From: Wickerhamiella versatilis
Lineage: Eukaryota
Direction of reading: 5' to 3'
DNA: 64,000 nucleotides
NCBI GenBank assembly: GCA_030867685.1
Contig: JAQOWU010000003.1
Coordinates: forward strand, 1,054,001 to 1,118,000
In this document: piece after piece, positions 63,638 to 64,000 of the stretch
Numbering within the stretch: position 1 is the stretch's first letter
How the letters are laid out: each line of letters begins with the position of its first letter
Program-made: the position numbers and the translations under genes
The notes under the pieces: model-generated
Told to the model about the DNA's origin: nothing
The model's database searches: none
Seen by the model: only the letters and a program-made list of their open reading frames with translations

Positions 63638-64000
63638 TTAGTCCATATTGTTCAAGAAGGCTGGGTTGACTTGTATCTTAGACTTGAACTTGTTCCACCA
63701 TTCATCGAAAGCCTTAATTGGAACCTTACCAGTTGAGTCAACAAAGCCAGACATATAGTTGTATGCATGTGAAACGATTTTGTTGGCTAAGCTGGCAATG
63801 TCTTGTGGGGAATCTGGAGCAGGCGCTGGGGCAGCTTGAAGTAGCTTTGGTGGCTTCGCAACGGCAGCACGGGCTTGCTCCAGAGCAGCTTGTGTCTGTT
63901 GGATCGGCTCCAAAGCAATTCCAAGCACTATGTCATGTCCCGAAACAACGTCCGAGTCGTCCATCATTACATCCACATCGTTGACATTCGCGGACACCGC
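63638..64000 (-). CDS. OPI10: Hikeshi/Opi10 family protein, C-terminal part (5' end outside the window)
   Basis: 'LGIALEP', 'LANKIV.HAYNYMSGF' and 'VPIKAFDEWWNKFKSKI..NPAFL'. Confidence 0.8.
   Translation of the reverse strand, partial: AVSANVNDVDVMMDDSDVVSGHDIVLGIALEPIQQTQAALEQARAAVAKPPKLLQAAPAPAPDSPQDIASLANKIVSHAYNYMSGFVDSTGKVPIKAFDEWWNKFKSKIQVNPAFLNNMD

Overview
Gene-dense, intron-poor eukaryotic DNA from a budding yeast (Saccharomycotina). CTG reads as Leu in conserved motifs (e.g. THI4 'EDL'), so it is not the CUG-Ser clade. The compactness and one bacterial-type gene suggest the Wickerhamiella/Starmerella clade, which is an inference. The window holds about 40 mostly housekeeping genes (BNA3, HOS3, ATR1-like, TOA1, SWA2, TFB1, THI4, SSZ1, POP2, PNG1, SRB7, VMA22, PMT1, YDR306C-like, DES1, EHD3, UBP14, NHP10, ARO3, GCN20, RPL22, BMT6, SMF2-like, RSC58-like, SSL1, DHR1, SAS2, RNA14, SAM37, SEN15, LOC1, PTR2, CYS3, SIL1-like, DDB1-like, OPI10), two small genes the ORF track missed (RPL41, COX17) and an intron-containing tRNA-Thr(UGU). 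The main finding is two tandem TPP-riboswitch aptamers (13310-13386, 13413-13494) downstream of the THI4 stop codon. They are preceded by a GTAAGT donor, a TATATA/A-rich 3'-end signal and segments complementary to the aptamers, which resembles a plant-THIC-like 3'-UTR riboswitch present in duplicate in a yeast. Other points of interest: a nested or alternative splice architecture with a hairpin in the RPL22 intron, a bacterial-type nitroreductase (candidate horizontal transfer), and a tandem pair of orphan Cys-rich genes, one of them frameshifted. Gene identities come from recalled family motifs; no database search was run.
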